Positions 1-13,380 of a stretch of DNA of 64,000 nt are shown piece after piece. A model generated the notes under the pieces. It did no database searches. It was not told the origin of the DNA and saw only the letters and a program-made list of their open reading frames with translations. The position numbers were made by a program, and so were the translations under genes. The stretch's first letter is position 1, and the number at the start of each line of letters is the position of its first letter. This stretch comes from Tubulanus polymorphus (taxonomy: Eukaryota > Animalia > Nemertea). The stretch is taken from NCBI RefSeq assembly GCF_964204645.1, contig NC_134026.1, positions 7,091,950-7,155,949 on the forward strand, written 5' to 3'.

Positions 1-186
1 ACTGTATCTCACATGCATGTATTTCATATTTTCGTGCCTTGAAATTATTTAATCCTGGCTACGCCCTTGGTATCAGATGTATAATGTCTTGATTGCGATT
101 ATTTCGATACGCGATGATTATCTTGCGATTATTTCGATACGCGATGATTATCTTTGACATCTTCATTTATATTCCATATTCCGCAG

Positions 187-3100
187 GCGCCAGCGGTCGT
201 GTTATAATGAACGATAATGCGGATAGAGAACCGGATTATTGGATTTGGGATTATCGCGAGATTAATGGAGTCAGAAAGAGAGTCGTGTCGATTTCGATCG
301 ATATGTCTAATGAGGTAAACTATCAGACATATTGAGATCAAGCTTTTCGACTGGTTATCGGCTGCGATTCTAGAGTAGAATCTCTGCACACTAGAATATA
401 GGGTTCGAAATGTTTCCTAGAGTTCATATCTATTCGACGTTTAACTATCCTAATAGTCATCTTCGGGAATGCTGATGTTTTGACATAATTATGAGATGTC
501 TGTATTCTGGACTATCTCATAATTTTGTGATAGCACTGATATTCCTGAAGATGACTATCAGTAGCCGAAACGCCTAATAGATTATCAGCTCGAGACAATA
601 TTTCGGAACTTTTTTGTACTATTGGAGTCATCCTTAACTGAAAACTTGTAATTACAGAAAATGAATGTTGTTAGTGAACCGCAGTGGAACACTCCGAACA
701 ACCAACCTCCTAAAGACACTCCGGATTGTGGCTTCGTGAATGAATTCTGCCCGCCTGATTCTAAGGGTAAATCCCTCACCACACGCCTCCTTACTGATTG
801 TATCCACGGTTCCACGGTTCTGATCTAGAATTTGACTCGGAGATAGCTCACTGAAAATGAATTAACTGTTTCTTATAGCTTACTGTTCAAAACTGCGGAC
901 ACGTTTCTGATTGACTATAAGTGAAAATGATATGATTTTATTCTAATTTAACTCTAACTCATAACTGTGGAAGCGGGTCCTATAATCATAACTACAGAGT
1001 CAAACTTAACCAGAGAACTTAAAAACTGAATCCGGTACCCAAGGCCATAGTTCTACATCCTTTGCTAGTTGACACGATGATTCGAATGTCGGTCTTTTAG
1101 AACCGTTTTTTTCATTCGTCAAACAGGTAGAAATGACATGATAATTGGGTTAATGGTTGGATTTGTTTTACTGTTGATCCTGGTAGGCGCTGTTCTATAC
1201 TATATCAGGTAAAATATTCCAGTGAATGAAAGAATTTCATTTTTCGATACAAGCAACGTATGAATCTCAATATGATATGACACAAGATTACAAAACATTC
1301 CGAAGTCTAAGGCTGTAGCAAGATATTGAAGATGCTCTATGTTCTTAATGTTAAAAAACGTTCTTCGCTTCTTATTCGTAGGAGACGAAAGTCGGAAGAA
1401 GAACTGTTACGGATGTTGTGGAAAGTTGATTTCAACGAGATCAAATTATCGAAACAGAAGCGTGGATTAGGAAGCCAGGTTAATGTACACGGGCTCACTA
1501 GCCATGGTTTAGTTATAAGAGCAGTCTAAGATCATCCGATCTAGTCAATTTAACAACTCATGACCAGTCTAAGCTCATTTTAGTTCTATAATCAATCGAA
1601 CAACTTTTTTAAGACCAGTCTCAGCTCATTTCAGTTCTATAACCAATCAAACAACTCTTAAGACCACTTCGTCTGGGCCCTATAGTCACAACTATTTTAT
1701 TTCTATTTTATAATGCTATTTTGAAATACAAAATAAATTCATTCATTCATTGAACTGTGCAACTGGCCCAGGTTTATAGGCAAGTTTTTCCCTTTTAACC
1801 TCAAAGGGAGTGGTTTTATAGACCAGATCTAGTTCCACAGTTGTTAGACATTTCAAATGTGCTGAGTCAAATCTTTCCCGGAAACTGTGAAAATGGGTCT
1901 AGTTTTACCTTAACGCAGTCGGGGGTTTAACAAATCGCCAATTGGGTGTATAAGTCAATACCAGTCTGTAAAGACGACCTCTCGTAATTAGATACTGATC
2001 GCTTTTCTGAGCGACTTGGCTCACGCAGATATACCGAGGTTCAGTGGTGATGTTGATGATGTCGATGTTGATGACAAGATGTTCATGAAGAATGTGACTT
2101 CAATGAAAGGCCGGAAATTAAACCAACTAGCTCTCTCGCCAACCACTGAAAGAAACCACGTCTGATTAATTTAATTCATTTTCATCATTCGCGCAGAAAC
2201 ATTCAAAAATATCATTAGTAGATTCGGGAACTTTTTGATTAATTTCTTCCTTTAAGTCACACATGAACTGATTGAGCTTCATTGATTTACTCTTTTTTTT
2301 CTTTCTCGTCCCAGATCTATAAAAACGTATAATTAACATTTTGTAGTTTTATCGCTTTTGGTGACTTCATGTTTTCAATGAGGGAAACAATTCAAAATTT
2401 AACCGTTTCAAGCTAAAGCAATTTCTTAATGAAAACAATACACGGAGTGTGGGATTTTTTCCCGACACGGAATCAAGTGTGTTTCATCGATGGTTATTGA
2501 TAAAGTATTAAGTCCAGTTTTGAACATTGTTTTCTGTATCTATTTTCAGATTCTGCCCAGCGCGGCTACGATTAGAAGCAGATCCAAGTCTTCGCTTGAC
2601 GAAAAATCGGACGGTTTTCAAAATCAGTTGTTCACTCTGATTGGTCAATATCGTGGCCACCTGGTGGCTATTAGTAAAATTAGGAAAGCGTCAGTGGTCA
2701 CTGGCAGACGCGAGCTAATCGAGCTGAAAGCCGTAAGATCAGATTGCATCAGACTATATCGAAATCCAAAAAATGAATCTACATTCTTTGATGGCCGTAA
2801 AAATATATTTTGAATACATTCTGAAATCATTTATAACAAATTCAGGTGCCTTTGACTCAGTATTTCTAAATTTCTCAATAATTTCGTTTGATGTAATTTT
2901 TACAGATTTCGATAGATGGAAGATTTTTTTCTCAGTTTCACATATAAGATGCGTATGTCTTTTTTATACACATAATTTATGTAATTTCTAGATGAGGGAT
3001 ATGAACCATGAAAATCTGAATGCATTTATCGGCGCATGTGTAGATGCGCCTAACATTTGTTTGTTGTTTAATTACTGTCAAAAAGGCAGCATTGTGGTAA

Positions 3101-6100
3101 GCGACTCGATACTAGGATAAAGATACTTAAATTTATTCATGAAATTCAGAATCAAAATGCGAAAGTGATTTTGAGAAATAAATTTAGAGTTAGATTTAGC
3201 AGGATACGTTTCATCTACATTTTTTGCAATTTTCTCAGATTTTGTTTTCGATTTTCAGGACATACTCGAAAACGATGACATTAATCTTGACGCCATGTTT
3301 AAAAGTTCGATGATACAAGATTTAACTAATGTAAGGAGTTCAAATGATTATGACATGAAAATATATTCATTTATGTATACGTATATGTACACGATTTTAT
3401 GAATGTTGCTTTGTTATCCACAGTTCCTACATAATTGAAAGGACATCCCCAGCCTAAAGGCTGTACCAAAAAGGGGAATGCCCTGAAATAAGACAAGTCC
3501 CAAGAATAAAATAGAATCCCTGTACACTTCCGATATGTTTCCCTGAGCAAATACTTTGTCGACGTTTCGACTTTCTTAATAGTCATCTTCAAAAACACTG
3601 AAAAATAATTTTCCCATTCCAACCAGCGTATCAATCAATCGGGCATAGAACCTTCTTGTACCCCACCCCAGTACTCAGGAATACGTTACCTAAAGCCCGG
3701 CGCACACGGGCGGCAGTTTCGAGCAATTCTCGAGTAAGATCAGATTGCATCAAGACTATATCCAAATCCAAAAAAATGAATCTATATTCTTTGATGGCCG
3801 TAAAAATACATTTTGAAAACATTGTGAAATCACTTATAACAAAATTCAGGTGCTTTTGACTCCTTATTTCTAAATTTCAACTAGCCAATGAGAGAGCGAA
3901 TAATTATCATGTGATTTAACCAAATACGGCACCAGTCGAGGCTGTAGCGTGGCCATCTTGACAAGTCACATGATACAGATGTTTGCCGGGAAAGATAATC
4001 GCTTGTCCGTCTCCAGTGGTAGCACACGGGCGACACCAAGCGATCGACATCCTCCCCCGGCAGGGATTCGAACCTGATGGCATCGAGATTGCCACGGCAC
4101 GAAACCCTGCCACAATCGACCGTGTGCGCAGATACATGCGCAGATCAGATGATGTGATTTTTAGCCAATCAGAAATCCCGTTTTATTTTAGCCCGGGTTT
4201 TCCCATTTATAGTTCCTCCTTGAAATTTCCCTCAACGATTATACAACGAGCAATCTGATTGGTGCCGCCAGTTTTCGTTCGGATAGTGCGCATGTAACTG
4301 CGCACATGGTCGTCTATGGCAGGGGTTCGTGCCGTGGCTGAGTGTAGCGATGCCATCAGGTTCGAGTCCCTGCAGAGGGAGGATGAGCGATCGATTGCTC
4401 AACGGTTGCTTGTAAATCGGTCGCAGCAACAGGCGACTAAAAATTGCTTCGAATCGCTTCGAATCCAATCAAAAACAGCCAATCAGCGCCAAAATGGCGG
4501 ACTACACAAGTGGCGCCACTTCACGGTCTGCGATTCGGTGATAAAAATCGTCTAATGTGCGGTCGCTGACGACGGACGGCGATTTTCATAAAAATCGCCG
4601 ACGATTTAAATCTTTCTACTGGCGACTAAAAATCGCCTAGTGTGCGCCCGGCTTAAGCGAATCAAATCTAGTCTATAGATCGATGTTTTAGAATCATATC
4701 TCAAAACCAACTTTTTCATAAAAGTTATTAATCAAGCTAGCATTATTTTTTTGCTTGTGTCATTCAAAGCCATCAACATGTTTAGGTATTATATATTATT
4801 TATATATTGACGCTCAACGAATTAATTTTATCATGACTACGTAACTCATTGCAGGGTCTATCGTATCTACACAGTACATGTCTACGGTATCACGGCTCCC
4901 TGAAAAGTTCTAAATGCGTAGTCGACAACAGATGGGTTTTGAAAATAACTGGATACGGCATGGCCAACATGAAATATGGTCAAACGCCGGTCGAAGAGTT
5001 GGGAAATTATGAGAGATATAGAAGTACGTTTGGTAATCATCCGGTAAAACCACAAAACCACGAACCACAAACCACAGCTGTAGCCTAATTCCACAGTTTT
5101 GTAACCGCATTCAATTCCCGTACCTATTTTCACTGTTCTTGGTGGAATCGTCTCAGGGGCTGCAGTTTCTTTGAAATTAGTTTAAATTTCCGATGATTGG
5201 GAACGCGATTTCAGATCAGAAACTGGGTTCCCTCGGACATAAGTGTTGAAACGTTGTAAGTGATCTGATTCTAGCTCTACAGTCAAATTTGAATTTCAAT
5301 TTTCAATTCAAATTCTTTTCAATAGAAAGCTTGATATATTTTAGATAAGCAAGTCGAAGAAAATATACGAAGGTATTTCTCAATCTCTCTAAGTTATTTG
5401 ACACTCAACATTATGAAATATGAGGATAATCCCTAGAATGTTTTTGTTTCTTATCTATCCGACCGCTAACGTTTCGTCTCCTTCAACAACTCCGTTTCTT
5501 CTTTACCTTTCTCTAACGTCGGCGTCCCCCAGGGCTCAACACTCGTACCTCTCCTATTTATAATCTAAGGCCTACATCTGATATTCACTAATACACTGAA
5601 CACTTAAATTATATACTGTTTGCAGTTGGTTCAAATTGTTTATTATCTCATACAAACTTACATACCAATCATCTTCAATAGCTACGAAATAACAGAGATG
5701 GAACTGGATCCTGAACTGTGGAACTTGGCCCAGAACTGGTGAACTGATTACATGATAATTCTGTATTTCTATAAATTTCTCTAGAACTTTGGTGGACAGC
5801 TCCGGAGGTATTGCGATCACCCTTACCGCCAGGGGCCATCAATCAAAAAGCGGATATCTATAGCCTCGGTATCATCATTTATGAGATAATAACCAGGTCA
5901 TCCCCTTACTGTACTGATGACGTCATCACGCCGAAAGGTAAATCGACAAAACCTTTATATCGAAATAGCCATTTCATATTCTAGTTATTTTCAAACTTCA
6001 CAAATTGTCCAAGACCCGCTTCCACTGTTGTGAGTTAGAGTTAACTCTGCTCTAGAATCAATGTTTGAACACAAAACTCACAACTGAGGAACTGGATCTT

Positions 6101-9100
6101 CAGTTTTATTTTCATGATATGTATTGTAGTTCTTGCTTCTTGTTCCTGTTGTAAATTAACTCGTAAATGATACTGAATGAAAATAAATTCTTAAAATTAA
6201 AATCTTCGAAATAGAAATTGTGGATAAAATTCGCAATGGACCAATGGGAGATGCTCCGGCATATCGGCCGGATATATCAGCTATCTATAGTAACGTATGG
6301 ACTAGTTTGATGGTGAACTGTTGGCACGAACATCCTGAATCCAGATATGACATGTCGGCAATAAAACGCACCGTCAAAGAAAATACAAAAGGACAGTAAG
6401 TTAAGAAGAAATCATTAACCGATTTTGAACCTAATAAATCAATCACATCGATCATGTATTCTCCTAATTTCTTGATATTATTGTAAATTGAATTATTGTG
6501 TAGAGGATTGAATATCATGGATCACATGTTAGCGATGATGGAAAAATACGCGAATAATTTAGAAGACATCGTCGAACAGAGAACGAGCGAGTTGATCGTA
6601 GAAAAGAAGAAAACGGACACGTTACTGTATAGAATGTTGCCAGAGTAAGTGAATGTTAGGTAGAACAGCAGGGAGGTGGGAGTGCTGGGTAGAGAGATAT
6701 CAGGCAATCAAAAATCCATAAGAACGATAACAATATAAATCGCCATTTTCTAATGAGTAACTGTTTGATAATACATACGTTTTCGGGATGATATTCCCTC
6801 ATCAGTTGAGGTCATTTCTTCTCATCAGGTGAGGTGATATCCTCTCATCAGGCGAGGTGATATCCCCTCATCAGGCGAGGTGATATCCCCTCATCCGGTG
6901 AGATGATACCCCCTCATCAGGCGAGGTGATATTCCCTCACCAGGCGATGTAATATACCCGACAAGTTAGGTGTTATGCCCTCATCTGGTGAGGTGTTATC
7001 CCCTCATCAGGTGAGGTGATATCCGCTCATCAGGTGGGGTGATATCCTCTCATCAGGTGAGGTGATATTCCTTCATCAGGTGAAGATCTAATTTGATCTA
7101 TATGTATTTTACCTGATAAGGTGGATATCATCCCCAAAACGTTCGTGTCAGTAAACTGTTTTTCACTATTTTTCAACTAGTTTTCCCAGGCTTGTCGGAG
7201 TGATAGCTTGTTATCGTATATTTTCTTATCATTTTCAGAGTTGTTGCGGAGAAATTGAAACAAGGCGAAGAAATTCTACCCGAAATGTTTGAAATGGTGA
7301 CGATCTATTTCTCCGATATTGTCGGTTTCACGACGATATCGGCGAAAAGTTCTCCAGTTCAAGTCGTTAATTTACTCAATGATTTGTACACATTATTCGA
7401 TTCTATCATACAACAGTACGATGTCTATAAGGTAGGCCGCCAGACGGAAGATTGTTTACAAAAGCCGGAATCGAAATTTCTAATCATGCATTTCGATTTA
7501 TACAAATAGTTCTGTATATGCGACCGAAAATCCGACTATACCTGTCGATTTCCGATTTCAAAATCAAACCCCTATTTCGTTCCTATTAGGTGGCGTGGGT
7601 TTGTAAGGTATACGCGCAAAATGAATAAGGGGGCTATCTTTTCTAAGTTCAGAACCGCACCCAAAATCCCTTCAACCTAACAAACCTGTGGGCTTATTGA
7701 ATTCGGTGTGATAAGCGGGTGATTATCATTAGAAACTAATCATCGTTTTGCCCGATAAAACTGAACTATTATCCGCAATCTTGGAAACGTATAAAATGAG
7801 CTCTCTTAACGGGTGTTCCCTTCCATTTCATTATAAGAGGTTTATAGTTCGGTATTGTGGAGCTTTAGAGAGCTCTCTTGGTTGTAATGGGATACAGTGT
7901 TTATAGTGACAGAGAGGTATTTGGAGAGGTCGCACAGAATTACGTAGTAGAGTTTAAGAAGCCCCTCAATATGAGAGATCGTGTTCCCAGTTTGACAGTT
8001 CTCATTAGGTTTGACTTGAAGGTTCATTCCAGACTTGGTTTTTATCTAGAAATAGGCCCTAATTACAATAATGGCAAGGGTTCATCTAGTACAAGTTTGA
8101 TACCCCCTCCGCCCTTCATCTAATTCAAACCTAGTGAACTCGACAGATTCAGTTGAACTGTGGAAGTGGATCCAGCTAAACTGCGGAAATCTAGTTGAAC
8201 TGTGGAGAAGTGGATCCAGTTAAACTGTGGAAATGTAGTTGAACTGTGGAAGTGGATCCAGTGAAACTTTGGAAGTGGATAAAGTTGATTAAATGATTTT
8301 CTCCCATCGCTCGCAAACCCACCAGTCACACATCAAAGGGGGTTTGATTTTGAAATGGGAAATGTATATAAAGATGGATGTTCGGCCGAGAAATAGTGCA
8401 ATTCACTCCAAAAACCAGCTTCATGAAAACGTTATAACATCTCTTGTTAAATTGTTATATCGGTTACTTCATGTTTGAGAGCAAAAATTCTTAACCTTTA
8501 GTCTTAAACTTCTCCATTAAACAGGGGAAATTTTGAATGACGTGTTCACGTAATGAATTTGTGTACTCCATAGGTAGAGACTATAGGCGACGCGTATATG
8601 GTGGTTAGTGGTTTACCGAAACGAAATGGTAACAGACACGCCGGTCAGATCGCCGATATGGCTCTAAGTTTACTGTCATCCGTATTAACATTTACAATAC
8701 GACACATGCCAAAAGTACAGTTACAAGTCCGCATTGGTCTCCACACTGGATCGTGTTGCGCTGGTACGTAATGGAATTAACTGATGAGAAATGCGTTGAA
8801 TTCGATGAGAGACCAGGCGGGGCCAGTTGCACAGTCGTTGATCAAATTTCACACCGATCTAAAGACCGTCTTAGTTCTATTACCTGTTCTTACCAAACAA
8901 ATTGTACGTTAAATTTGACTGAAGTCTCGAGTTGTTGGCGAGGCCCTCAAAGACCGCAAAAATCTAAGGCAAATTTAGTTCTATAACCAATCAAACAATC
9001 TAAGACTAGTCTAAGCCCATTTTGGTTCTATAGTCAATGTAACAACTTATGATCAATATAAGCTTATTTCGGTTCTAAAAACAGTCTAATAACTTAAGAT

Positions 9101-10287
9101 CAGTCAAACATGATTTTGGCTCTACGTCCAATCCAGCAACTAAGGAAGGACCAGTAAGCTCATTTCGATTTTACAACCAATCTAACTTAAGTTATACGTA
9201 AGACTGTGACACCAGAACAAACTATCGACAATATGCCATCTATTGTAATGCAAAGTTAGTAGTAACATTCTTGTATGCAGAGTGGTCGTATATTATTTCA
9301 AATGAATTGTAAGTCCCCAAACATTAAGAACAACTTCGAATTTACGTTACGTTGCAATGAAGATTCGAATTGTCTATTGTCTGAATGTATATTTTTATGG
9401 TCTGTAGGATCTAAAGAGCATAGTTCTGTGTACGTATTTCAGGTGTAGTCGGGTTAGCAATGCCTCGTTATTGTCTATTCGGAGATACAGTAAATACAGC
9501 ATCCAGAATGGAATCCACCGGAGAAGGTAAGAACATTTTCATTTCATTAGAAATTCATTAGAAATCAGGATGCAGTTCTTCAGTACTCATCTAAAATTGA
9601 TATCATCCGAATACAATCATCCGAATCTATTTGATCATCGTCTGACTGTTTCACCGTCCCAAAATCCATTCTCGTTTGAAATTTTCTTGATACGCCTTTG
9701 CCCAGTTGTGCTTCAAAAGTTGTCTCAAATCTTAAAACTTGGTCTTATGTGGTTAGATTGTCTATATAACTAAGATGGTCTTAGATATACTGGTTTTAAG
9801 TCTAAGCCATGAAGGTTCCACAATTTCTCGTTTGAATTTTGAATGAAAAGATTTTCAATGTTTAAAGACTGAATGAACGGTCGATTTTTTAAATAATTTC
9901 GAATGTTTCTTTCAGCGTTGAAAATTCATTTGAGTCAGAGTTGTTCGGAGGTGTTACAAGAACTCGGTGGGTATCAACTTATATGTCGAGGAGATATAGA
10001 AGTCAAGGTAAAAATAGATATGGGCATTAGGACACTGTTCTAGGGGTCGTTACATCAGCTGGTATTCACACAGTTCTGGGGGTTAACCGTAAGATCAGCT
10101 GGTATTCACACTGTATCCACTGTTTTTCATTTCCTTTAGGGGTTTTAGGCTAGGGGTAATGTATAATGTATGCAAGATGAAAACAAATTATTTTGTCTGT
10201 TTAAAGGGTAAAGGTACGCAGACAACTTATTGGTTGGAAGGAAAGCGGGGTTGGAATGGAAAACTACCGAATGAATTTGATTTGTAA
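187..10287 (+). CDS. Receptor (membrane) guanylyl cyclase, natriuretic-peptide-receptor type; 5' part lies upstream of the window. Exons: 187-314, 658-766, 1127-1208, 1382-1478, 2550-2732, 2992-3096, 3259-3330, 4855-5023, 5785-5937, 6215-6395, 6504-6644, 7239-7431, 8574-8763, 9443-9526, 9916-10007, 10207-10287
   Basis: GT-AG exons splice in frame. Motifs: NADREPDY and [10 protein letters not shown] (end of extracellular domain), [25 protein letters not shown], kinase-homology domain ([28 protein letters not shown]), hinge MEKYANNLE...LLYRMLP, cyclase core [53 protein letters not shown]; stop TAA 10285-10287. Confidence 0.95.
3694..4653. mobile_element. Non-autonomous PIF/Harbinger-like MITE in a cyclase intron
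   Basis: 14-bp TIRs AGCCCGGCGCACAC / GTGTGCGCCCGGCT (13/14 match), flanked by TAA on both sides (3691-3693, 4654-4656); no transposase ORF. Confidence 0.75.
5443..5568 (+). mobile_element. Decayed LINE (CR1/L2-clade) reverse-transcriptase fragment
   Basis: Translates as [40 protein letters not shown], the SYL..R..V...GVPQGS..PLLF motif of non-LTR RTs, with stops. Confidence 0.75.
6755..7165. repeat. Inverted pair of hammerhead-like repeat ends enclosing about 13 tandem 23-bp units (GATATCCCCTCATCAGGTGAGGT)
   Basis: Tandem units visible at about 6790-7084; 6755-6805 is an imperfect reverse complement of 7112-7165. Confidence 0.75.
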
Positions 10288-10608
10288 GTAAAAGACACGA
10301 CATATGAAATAGAACGTGACGATATTATGAATATCTAATATTTCGATGTATTTCTTGAATCGTTTCAGTAAACCAGAAATGTTTGGAGGTTTCCCATTGC
10401 GTCGACTATCAAAAACTCCAGACCTCCCAAACGGTTTCGTTACCATTCACACATGAAAAAAAATTTATAGTGATTTCGTTGTAAAAACTATTATCTATTC
10501 ACCTTGATAAATTAAATTTCCGAGAAAGTTAATTGTATTAAGTGAGTTTATTCGAATTTATTTGTTGTTGATTCTAAACTGAATGTTTAGTCAATATGCA
10601 TCAAGTAT

Positions 10609-10839
10609 TTAGAAATCGAATAAATCGGCAAATGCTGAGAATCCTTTCGACACAGCATCTAAGACGTCACCGCCGGCATCGTCCAAAGCGCTGATAATAC
10701 TGCAAAGCGTTACCTGTCGCTTCAGCCTGATCTCGCGAATTTCTTCGAGATCTCGTTTGGAGAGTACTGATTTCGCTGTTACTGCAGTCACCAGCAGTGT
10801 CGCCACCAGAAGCAGTAGGGTTTGCGCTTTACGGACCAT
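10609..10839 (-). CDS. Secreted prepropeptide A (76 aa): signal peptide, pro-region, RLKR site, 35-aa anionic amphipathic peptide with one Cys
   Basis: ATG-to-stop ORF with a hydrophobic signal (TLLLLVATLLVTAVTA); KR and RLKR sites; splice acceptor just upstream of the ATG (10878-10880); AATAAA downstream on the minus strand near 10550. Confidence 0.75.
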   Translation of the reverse strand: MVRKAQTLLLLVATLLVTAVTAKSVLSKRDLEEIREIRLKRQVTLCSIISALDDAGGDVLDAVSKGFSAFADLFDF

Positions 10840-11790
10840 TATAGATTCTTTACCATCAGATTACGTTTGTCTTCTTTCTGGAAAGAAGAGAGAAACTATT
10901 GAAAACCGGGGAGCGAACTGTTGCAGAGTCGTCTTTAATTGAAGACCAATCTACAGGACTGAATTTTGATGGGGGAGGTGGCTAATTGATAAATTTGGTG
11001 ACAAAATTGAACAATGCGAGCACCAAAGCAAACGATGCTTTTAAAGAATCATACGAATTATAGGGATCCACCACAGGTATAATTTTGGTTCTATGACTAA
11101 TCGAAAATCATAAGACCGATATAAAGTAGTGGTCTTGAATCGTAAGATTTTTGTTGTCGGCTATAGAAACTAGAATGGTCTTAGGATGGTCTTGAATCGA
11201 GGCGCGTTGGAAGCAATTTTTGATTGCCGTGGCCAATTGCGGATTTTTGACAGGTTCCACGGCGAATTTACTTCAAATTTCTTCAAAAAATGGTATTCAA
11301 AGAAAAAGTGTCATTCAGTAAATTATTTCTTTCACCGTGGCAGTCGCTGTACCTCGGCTCCAACGCCACTGAAAACTGGCCCCTCAAAAAGTTATATCAA
11401 GACAGGAGCAATGTAAACAGATAGACCTACCTCGCTCACATATGACGCATGTAAAATACTTCAAATCCATTATAATTTCACACTCTATAGAAATCTATGT
11501 AGAAAATATGCAGTTTGAATTTTTTACTTGCAAAAAACCCACTAATTCCCCTCAGAACAGATTATAGCCGTAGCCGTTTATCTTTTTATGCGCATAATTT
11601 CAAAATGTTCAAAACAGCACCAACATTTTACACATGTATGTATTACATCAGATTCGTTGCCTGGATGATTTCATTCGAATTGATAAAACAATGGCAGATA
11701 ATAGATAAATGGTATGCCAGACATAGATAAATGGTATTCGAAGTGGCCCATCCATAAGAAATACGTAGAAAACAGTAAGAATAACGATAA

Positions 11791-13162
11791 GAGTAGTACT
11801 ATTCGTTATTTATTCTAAATCGAGTTAACACGGCTACTCTAAGAATATTCTCATCACGTCCAGTAAAACATTGTAAAACTTCCCGAAACGGGAATCGAAT
11901 TGGAGTAATAAAGACGCAAGGACGTAGGCCTTAACGTACTATCGACGTGTCCGCGTCGGGTCAGTTAGCCTGTCAACCGTGGATCATTGAAAGACGACCA
12001 TTAAATCATCATGTTGATAAACTGTTAACATGGACAAAATGAGTGAACAGCTATTTTTCATTAAGGATGGGCCTCGGTGTTGTCGTCGTGATCCACTTAT
12101 CAAACCACTGCAGTCATAACCCGATTATACGTGTTCAGCAAAAAAATAAAATCTGTCGCTTCAAAATATTCACATTCTAAATAGTCTCCCATCGTGTACA
12201 AATTTATTCAAATCGAATACTAAATCATTCACATAAATTATCATGCTAGGGAATTATTTTTGAATTTGTGAATTGTGTCTATGGATCTGATGTGACTGTG
12301 ATTGGAATAAGCTGAAGTATTGTATGTGTCTACAGCAGCCTTTTGTTCAAAATCGTAGAACATTCGCATTTAGAAAGTAAGTTCTTCTATTTTTTTCGGT
12401 GAGTAGGGAAGACACATAGAGTTTAATAGAGTCTTTCTTAACGCCGCCCCGGACAATCGCAGAGTGCTATTTTGGTTAGTTCTTCATTGTGGGTTTTTTC
12501 ATCAACTCATCGATATTCTTGGTGGAACACTCTAGAGTCCGCTTGTGACGATGATTTACAATAAAATACCACCATATACAAGGAAAATGAGACCGAAAAT
12601 GTTTCCTTGGGCTGTGTCGTAGTTTATTGCAACCTTTCGACTCAAATACAAGGAATACAATATTCCTAAAGATGAACATTAGAATCAAGTACAAACGTTG
12701 AAGATAAACTACTAACTCATGGAATACAACATTCCTAAAGATAACTATTAGGTTTAAGTCGAAACATTGAAAAGAAACTACTAGCTCAAGGAAACATTCG
12801 GGACCCATTTTTCTTTTATACTACTGAATGGTATCATATATTAAAACAATAGTTTGTTTTGTATAGTCTTCGATGCTTCGTGGATTTTCATCAAAACCAT
12901 TTGATTACTTGCTTACTTTATCTTGCTTACTATCTTCCCACTTCCAGCGATCAGTAAATCAAAAATTGGTTACGATTTTTTATTAGTTATGGTTATTATT
13001 AGTTTTTGATGGTTTTTATGGATGAATGCCATGGTGACATTACATTGTGACCATCGTATTTTTCTACTGATGTTTTCTCTGTCAAATTGTTAATTGCAAT
13101 TGCAGTCTCTGAATAGCCGTGTTAACCGGGTTTAGAATAAAAAGTACTATATAGTACTACTC
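11791..13162. mobile_element. Putative non-autonomous DNA transposon between peptide genes A and B
   Basis: Imperfect terminal inverted repeats of about 50 bp, GAGTAGTACTAT...TTATTCTAAA.C.(A/G)GTTAACACGGCTA (11791-11838 vs 13112-13162); no clear TSD. Confidence 0.45.
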
Positions 13163-13380
13163 GTCTCACTATTAAGCCTCTGAATTGAAACTGAGGAATT
13201 GATTCTGAATTGAAACTGAGGAATTGATCCACCGGTCGATCAACTAAACAATCTTTGAGCAACTGGTCTCAGTATTCTGTGCTTATTATTGCTCTAGGAA
13301 CTGTTTATACATGACACGAACAGAATACTTTAACTAACAATCATCTTAAAATCTAATTTTCCTTTCAGGACAAATCTAAC

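Noticed and set aside
187-10287. Idea that the cyclase is the NO receptor for the neighbouring NOS
   Set aside because: It has a TM helix and a kinase-homology domain, the layout of a receptor-type cyclase rather than an NO-sensing soluble (H-NOX) one
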